Part shown: piece by piece, positions 58,552 through 64,000 of the stretch
Layout of the letters: every line of letters starts with the position of its first letter
How positions within the stretch are numbered: the stretch's first letter is position 1
Source of the DNA: Plasmodiophora brassicae
Taxonomy: Eukaryota
NCBI GenBank assembly: GCA_036867785.1
Contig: CP145409.1
Location: 1,984,001 to 2,048,000 of the forward strand
Direction of reading: 5' to 3'
DNA length: 64,000 bases
Translations under genes and position numbers: made by a program
The notes under the pieces: model-generated
What the model was told of the DNA's origin: nothing
What the model saw: only the letters and a program-made list of their open reading frames with translations
Databases searched by the model: none

Positions 58552-60915
58552 TTAGAGGCCGGCCTGCGAGTGCCTCCGCAGGAAGCTACGCACGAATTCG
58601 TACTGGGTGACGTCGTCATGCCGGTCCAGGTGCTCCTGCTGCTGCTGATCCTCGACGAGCTCGCGCAGCTGTCGCCGGAAGATGATGTGCGTCAGGTCCT
58701 TCCTGGTGATCATCCCGGCGACGTGGTTTGTCGGCGTGACGACCGGGATGTGCCGCAGGCCCATGGTGCGGTACAGTCGGAAGACGGTGCTGACCGGGGA
58801 GATCTGCTGGCAGACGTACGGGGCGGGGTCCATGTACGGCCTGAGGTCCATCTCCAGGTCCCGTTCCGAATCGCTAATCGTGACGTCCTCGATGGACGGG
58901 TACCTCGGGTACGACTGCTCCATGTCCTGGTCCCTGAGCAAGGGCGCGTCCCCGTACTGACGATGCTGCAGGAGGACGGTCAGGTGTTTGCGGGGGATCA
59001 GGCCTCGGAAGGCGCCGTCGCCATCCGGACCGACGACCGGGAACCCGTTATGCGAACACGAGCGCAGGACGTCGACGACGCGCCCGACGGTCTCGACCTC
59101 GCGGAACGAGACCGGGTCCGGCGACATGATGTCGGCCGCCAGCAGGTACTGCGCCACCGGCGGCGGGTCAAAGTCCAGGAACTGCCACCCGTTCAGGTGA
59201 ATCTGGATGTCGTACAGCCCCTCGTTGAAGTAGCCGCCGACCCACCGCGCCGTCATCAGCGTCGCCATGATCGGCAACCCGTACTGGATGTCGCCGGTCG
59301 CCTCGATCAGGATCACGGTCAGCGAGATTGTCATGCGCGCCATGCCGCCCAGGACGGCGGCGGCCCCGATCAGCGAGTACGTGCCCGGGTCGACGGTCGG
59401 CAGCGCCGCGTTCTCGTGCACGACCTGGCCGACGAGCCGGCCGAAACAGGCGCCGGCCAGCAGGCACGGGATGAACAACCCGGACGGGATCGCCATCCCG
59501 TAGCACCAGCAGGCGGCGACGAACACGACGAGGAAGACGACGACGAGGTCGGCGGTGTCGAACGTGACGGACGTGTGGAACAGGAGCTTGACGGCGCTGT
59601 CGAATGGCACAAGCAGGATGCTGGCCCGCGGCGAGAACTGCCCGTGCGCGCAGTAGAACTGCACCAGCTGCCGCGCGTACTGCTCGTGCTCGCGGCCAAT
59701 GCCGACGCAGGCCGGGCGCACCGCCAGGCACGCCACGAAGGCGACGAGGGCGAACACGGCGGCCGTCGCCGTGCACTCGGCGATGCGGCGGGCGGGCGAC
59801 CGGACGTGCGCCTGGCGCCAGACGGTCAGCCGCCGGTTGCATTCGTTGAAGGCGGCGCCGGCCAGGCCGCCGACGGCGCCCATGCCGATGAAGAGCGGCA
59901 GTTCGTAGGCGGAGTACGAGAACACGTTCTGGCCGTTGGAGGTGAAGTCGCCGAACGTGAACATGGACGAGTCGGAGAGCTTGCCCCAGTGGCGGTCGTC
60001 GCTGACGGCGGACGTGAACAGCGCCAGGAAGAAGTAGGACATCATGGAGCAGAAGAACGTTCGCCAGGTCAGCTTCTGGTTCCAGAACGACGACCCTTCC
60101 TCGAGAGCGAACAGGACGCCGCCGATCGGCGCGCCGAACGCGTTCGCGACGCCAGCGGCCGCCCCGGCCGACACGAACTCGCGCTTCTCCTTATCGTTCC
60201 GGAACTCGCCATTGTACTTCGTGCACGACGTATCGATACCCGCCACCGCGGACCTGCCCTGCGAGACGGCGGCGCCGCACACGGCGCCACAGTGAATCAT
60301 CGGGCCCTCGATGCCCAGGGGCAGGCCGGCCGCCACAGACAGGGACACGCCGATGGCTTTCACGAGCAGCGTCTTCACGCGGACGACACGCGGGACCTTC
60401 AGCCCGTTCAGGATGCACTTCACTTGCGGGATACCGCTCCCGGCGGCCATCGGTTCGACGTAGGCGACCAGGGCGCTGGCGACGCCGACAAAGGCGGCCG
60501 CCATCGTGCACTGGACAGCGATCGGCGCGACGACAAACCCTTGTCGGATGAGGCGGTCCACAGCGGCGAACCTGTAGCGTTGCAGGGAATGGGAGAGCGC
60601 CCAGACGCACAGGGCGACCAACGCCATCGTGAAGGAGACCAGGGAGATGAGGAGCCAGCGGAGCAGGGCGCGATGCTTGAAGAACGTTGGCGTCCGGGAT
60701 CGGATCTCCAGGCGTCGCACCAGCGAATGCGATTCGAAGCAGTCGAACGTGTCAAAGTCGGGCTCCGGCGATGATGACGGCGACGGCGACGGCGACCATC
60801 GAGCGTTATCCGCGGCGGCATCGCCATCGATCAGCAGACGCTCCTCCATGGAGAGAGGACGAGCCGCTGGGTGGCCGCGCCGTCCAGTTTTGCCACGTTT
60901 GTACCGCTGGGACAC
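58552..60915 (-). CDS. CLC chloride/proton exchanger (ClC-6/7-like) with 2 CBS domains
   Basis: Intronless 787 aa; GSGIP, GIEGP, FGAPIGGVLFALEEG, GLFIP, RMTISL, NEGLYD, HNGFPV, MGLRHIPVV. Confidence 0.95.
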   Translation of the reverse strand: MSQRYKRGKTGRRGHPAARPLSMEERLLIDGDAAADNARWSPSPSPSSSPEPDFDTFDCFESHSLVRRLEIRSRTPTFFKHRALLRWLLISLVSFTMALVALCVWALSHSLQRYRFAAVDRLIRQGFVVAPIAVQCTMAAAFVGVASALVAYVEPMAAGSGIPQVKCILNGLKVPRVVRVKTLLVKAIGVSLSVAAGLPLGIEGPMIHCGAVCGAAVSQGRSAVAGIDTSCTKYNGEFRNDKEKREFVSAGAAAGVANAFGAPIGGVLFALEEGSSFWNQKLTWRTFFCSMMSYFFLALFTSAVSDDRHWGKLSDSSMFTFGDFTSNGQNVFSYSAYELPLFIGMGAVGGLAGAAFNECNRRLTVWRQAHVRSPARRIAECTATAAVFALVAFVACLAVRPACVGIGREHEQYARQLVQFYCAHGQFSPRASILLVPFDSAVKLLFHTSVTFDTADLVVVFLVVFVAACWCYGMAIPSGLFIPCLLAGACFGRLVGQVVHENAALPTVDPGTYSLIGAAAVLGGMARMTISLTVILIEATGDIQYGLPIMATLMTARWVGGYFNEGLYDIQIHLNGWQFLDFDPPPVAQYLLAADIMSPDPVSFREVETVGRVVDVLRSCSHNGFPVVGPDGDGAFRGLIPRKHLTVLLQHRQYGDAPLLRDQDMEQSYPRYPSIEDVTISDSERDLEMDLRPYMDPAPYVCQQISPVSTVFRLYRTMGLRHIPVVTPTNHVAGMITRKDLTHIIFRRQLRELVEDQQQQEHLDRHDDVTQYEFVRSFLRRHSQAGL

Positions 60916-61054
60916 AATGGTAATATCGGCCGCGTGTACTCCCCCTCCCCCCTCAACGGCATGGCTGTGAAACCGTTAAGAGTACGCCAGGCCCCCAACT
61001 GTTTGTGTGACCAGCCTGTTAAATGAAACCGCCCGGTGGCTAGGGCGTTTGTCT

Positions 61055-61612
61055 TTATAGGTGAAGACCAGCCAGATCAGGCATAACATTGTACCGCGTG
61101 TTGCACAGGCGTATGATGCGCTGGTTTCCCAGGGCGAACGCGTCATTGAGCGCTTCCCGGCCGACGGTGGCGCCCGCTTCCAGCAGGATGGCCACGATGC
61201 GGTCCGAGCCCTGTTCAATAGCGGATTGCAGAGGGGTGACTCCGAACACGTCACGCCCGTCGACACGGGCGCCGTTCGCGATCAGCTCTTGGACGCAGTT
61301 GGCATGGTGCAGCGAGATGGCAAGGTCCAGGGCGGACCGAAACGCACATTGTGAGTTCGGGTCGGCGCCCGCTTGCACAACCGGGCGGATACCTTCCGCG
61401 AAGTTCTTCTCGACGATGACGCAGATGATGGGCATATCGAACACCTGCTCGGCGGTCGGTATACGCGCCTTGACGTTCGCGCCGCGCGCGATCGCAGCCC
61501 GCAGGCCATCGACAGACCGACGAGCGACTGCAACGAGCATTTCGGAATCAGCACTGTCAGGCATCGCCTGCACGACGACTCCCAGCACGATCAACGCCAC
61601 TGCCGACCACAT
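61055..61612 (-). CDS. Small secreted ankyrin-repeat protein (candidate effector)
   Basis: MWSAVALIVLGVVVQA signal peptide plus about 4 ankyrin repeats (GADPN, SALDLA, TPLQSA). Confidence 0.8.
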   Translation of the reverse strand: MWSAVALIVLGVVVQAMPDSADSEMLVAVARRSVDGLRAAIARGANVKARIPTAEQVFDMPIICVIVEKNFAEGIRPVVQAGADPNSQCAFRSALDLAISLHHANCVQELIANGARVDGRDVFGVTPLQSAIEQGSDRIVAILLEAGATVGREALNDAFALGNQRIIRLCNTRYNVMPDLAGLHL

Positions 61613-62630
61613 CGTTCACCAACTGCCGCCGCTGCGGACCGTGCGGCGACGTCACCGAGAACGTGCCCGCTGCGAAACCAAGTCGAACGCGACTATTATT
61701 ATCTCCTCAGAAGATTCTCCTGTTACAGCCGCCATATGGCTCGTCGACATGTATTCTGCGCCTACGACGACCGGCCAGGGTTTGGATTTATCCGCACAGT
61801 CCCGCCGGATGGCGGCCGCTGCTGCTCATGTTCGTGGTCGCGTCGAGGGCTTCGGCGTCGGCACGCTTCGGAGGGGCGGCCGACGGACTCCGTCACGGTG
61901 TGCGCACGTGGCCCCAGCCACGACGGTGGGAGCAGGCGTCCCGAATTGGGCGCGCCGACACGGGGCGGGCGAATGCGGACGCCGCGGTGGACGTGGGATT
62001 CCTCCCCGGTCCGCCTGGGGCGATCGCTCGTCGGCCTCATTAGCGATTTTGTGTGCGTTTGCGTGTGGGTGCTGTGCGTGTACGCGTGTGTTTGCGTATC
62101 TGTGTTGTTGTCGGCGTGGGCGTGTGTGTGCGCGAGTATCGAGCAACTGCAACCGTCTTTGTCTATTAGAACGGGGCCAGCAGCGGTCTGCCTCGACCAG
62201 AAAGGAGACAGCGTGCTGCCCACCCGTGCCGCGTGTGGTGGGCGTATGCTTGATGCTTAAAACGCGACGCGCCGATCTGAAAATCTCGGTACGGAACCGC
62301 ATGCCTACCCTTCCTGATGTGCCTTTGTAATAACTCGGATCTCTACTCAGTGGTCTCTCGTTGTACTTTGCCTGCTCGAAACGTGCATCTGGGCACAACT
62401 TGGTATTGCTGACGGTGGGCACGATTCGCACGGATCGTCGTACCTGAGCCGCGAGGTTGAAAACGTTGCGAACAACGGGGTCCAGGTGACCGAACTCGAA
62501 CCGTTCCTCTTCTCGCCCCCTATCGAGCTACCGATTGTTCGGCCGCCTCCGAAGGTCTTCTATCCATCGCCGGTTCTACGGCCTTCGTCCCTAAAGCAGT
62601 TCCTGCACGTGTCGTTTGAACCTCGTACGG

Positions 62631-63598
62631 ATGACGATGACGAAGGCGATGGCGCCGCCGGACGCGTCGCTGTTTGACGAGGTCGTCCTGCTTAACGACG
62701 ACGTCGACCCGTTCGACACCTCCGTTATGATGACGATCTCGCCAAACGGATCGTCGTCGTGGAACTCGGATGATTCCGTGCAATCGCCCGCTCCACCGGC
62801 GACGGTGGTCCCCCTTAAGGATCTGATCCAAGACCATGCTGTTAAGGTGCAACGTCTATCTCGCAAGGCGAAACTCGCACGGTATGGCTCGGTCGGTTGC
62901 ACCTCGCTGTCATGTCAATCACACAGACTATCGTTGCTTTCAGGGACAATCGCAAGCGCAAGTCGAGCCGCCTGAATGAATTAGAAGCGGAGTGCACTGC
63001 GCTGCGGGCTGAAGTCGAACGTCTTCGAGGGCGCGAGCGCGAAACTCTTCGTTTGCTGCGAGAAGGAGGAGGCAACTGCTCCGTCCACGATTATATCGTC
63101 CGCCAGCACCTGCAGGACTTAGTCACGGCGCAGCAGCCGATGCATGGCTTTAACGAGACGCTGCTGGACCTGACAGCAGTGTATGACGAGAACGGCATGA
63201 TGCGACTTGAGGCGATCAAACGTGCGGCGATGGATCGCTCAAGCCCTCCCGAACGCTTCCTGGCCTGGGCCATGTCTCGTCTGAATCCATCGTTCTTCAC
63301 CGACGAGAACGGGATGTGGGTCAGCCTGTTCCAGAGGCGCCTCGGTCTATCGGACGTTCAGCTCCAGCGCCTGCGCGATCACGCGTGTCCGCTGGCGCAG
63401 GCGCAGTCTCGTGTGAAGATCGAGATCGAAGCCGAATTCGACGCCCTTCGTCAGCGCTGGGAGGCCTACGGGCACGACGCGCGTCGCCTACTCGGCGCCG
63501 TTCTCTCTACAATGACAGACGACCAGTTCGTCAAGTTGGTGGAATGGGTCGGCAACAACGAGATCTGCGTGAACCAGCTTATTCAGGAGCTGCCTTAG
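62631..63598 (+). CDS. bZIP transcription factor with a helical C-terminal domain (2 exons)
   Basis: Splicing of intron ~62882-62943 gives RLSRKAKLARDNRKRKSSRLNELEAECTALRAEVERL. Confidence 0.75.
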
Positions 63599-64000
63599 TT
63601 AATCGATTCGCTCCTATAGAATACTTTACGATGCGTCCGCGCATCGTCATTCGTCAATAAAGCACGGCATCATCGTCGTTAGACGTGAGCGCGACCGGAG
63701 CGAGTTGCAGGAATGTCCTCCTCGCGGAGCCGGCTCTCGCACGCCGACTTGGGTCGCTTCCCCGATCCCTGGGGCCTTCAGCAGCGTCTCCGCAACGGGA
63801 AGTGATTCATGTCTAGCGGCCAGGTGAGTTGAAGTCTCCTGGTTTCTGTAGCGCACTCCGACGAGTCGCTATCTAGCAACCTGCCTGACGATCGACGTGC
63901 CAGCTGGTCGCGTCACTTGATCAAGGCCGGCAGCGGTTGCCGCGGCGTCCATAGCGTAATGGCGTTCCCCATGCTGCCTACTTGTATTTAGGGCTAGATG

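Noticed and set aside
60300-60320. CLC GIEGP instead of GKEGP
   Set aside because: The gating Glu, proton Glu, Ser and Tyr are all retained, so this is a minor variation.
58519-60774. Long antisense ORFs (also 19807-21468, 31085-31894, 54827-56386, 52089-53291)
   Set aside because: These are shadow or alternative frames of real high-GC3 genes and have no independent protein features.
4756-60915. A cAMP/Ca2+/G-protein signalling gene cluster
   Set aside because: The genes are spread over 55 kb among housekeeping genes, so nothing beyond chance co-location is shown.
62050-62135. GT-rich alternating tract (possible Z-DNA)
   Set aside because: Degenerate low-complexity sequence with no supportable function.

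Overview
This is a gene-dense, GC-rich eukaryotic window with short GT-AG introns (mostly ~50-75 nt) and very short intergenic gaps. The style and the secreted SKP1-ankyrin gene suggest a phytomyxid such as Plasmodiophora (inference only). About 32 protein-coding genes can be supported. Housekeeping genes include FANCI (partial), SAC1, a CDK8-like kinase, PET117, a P5A-ATPase, RRP1/Nop52, Pumilio and a CLC. Signalling and membrane genes include a 7TM-RGS, a voltage-sensor/adenylyl-cyclase fusion, a tandem two-repeat CNG-type channel, two further 7TM proteins, an AGC kinase, an EF-hand protein and a bZIP. The window also holds a linked FetA/FetB (STAR1/STAR2)-type ABC pair, four paralogous C2H2 zinc-finger genes and several secreted candidate effectors. 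The most unusual items are: a fold-back palindrome built from one-LRR-per-exon cassettes (36.4-36.9 kb); an intronless Gsp-amidase-type CHAP protein with a signal peptide and C-terminal RDEL; a channel-cyclase lacking the catalytic Asn/Arg pair; and an asymmetric tandem CNG channel. No rRNA, tRNA or CRISPR array was recognised. Gene models were read by eye, so exon boundaries are approximate.
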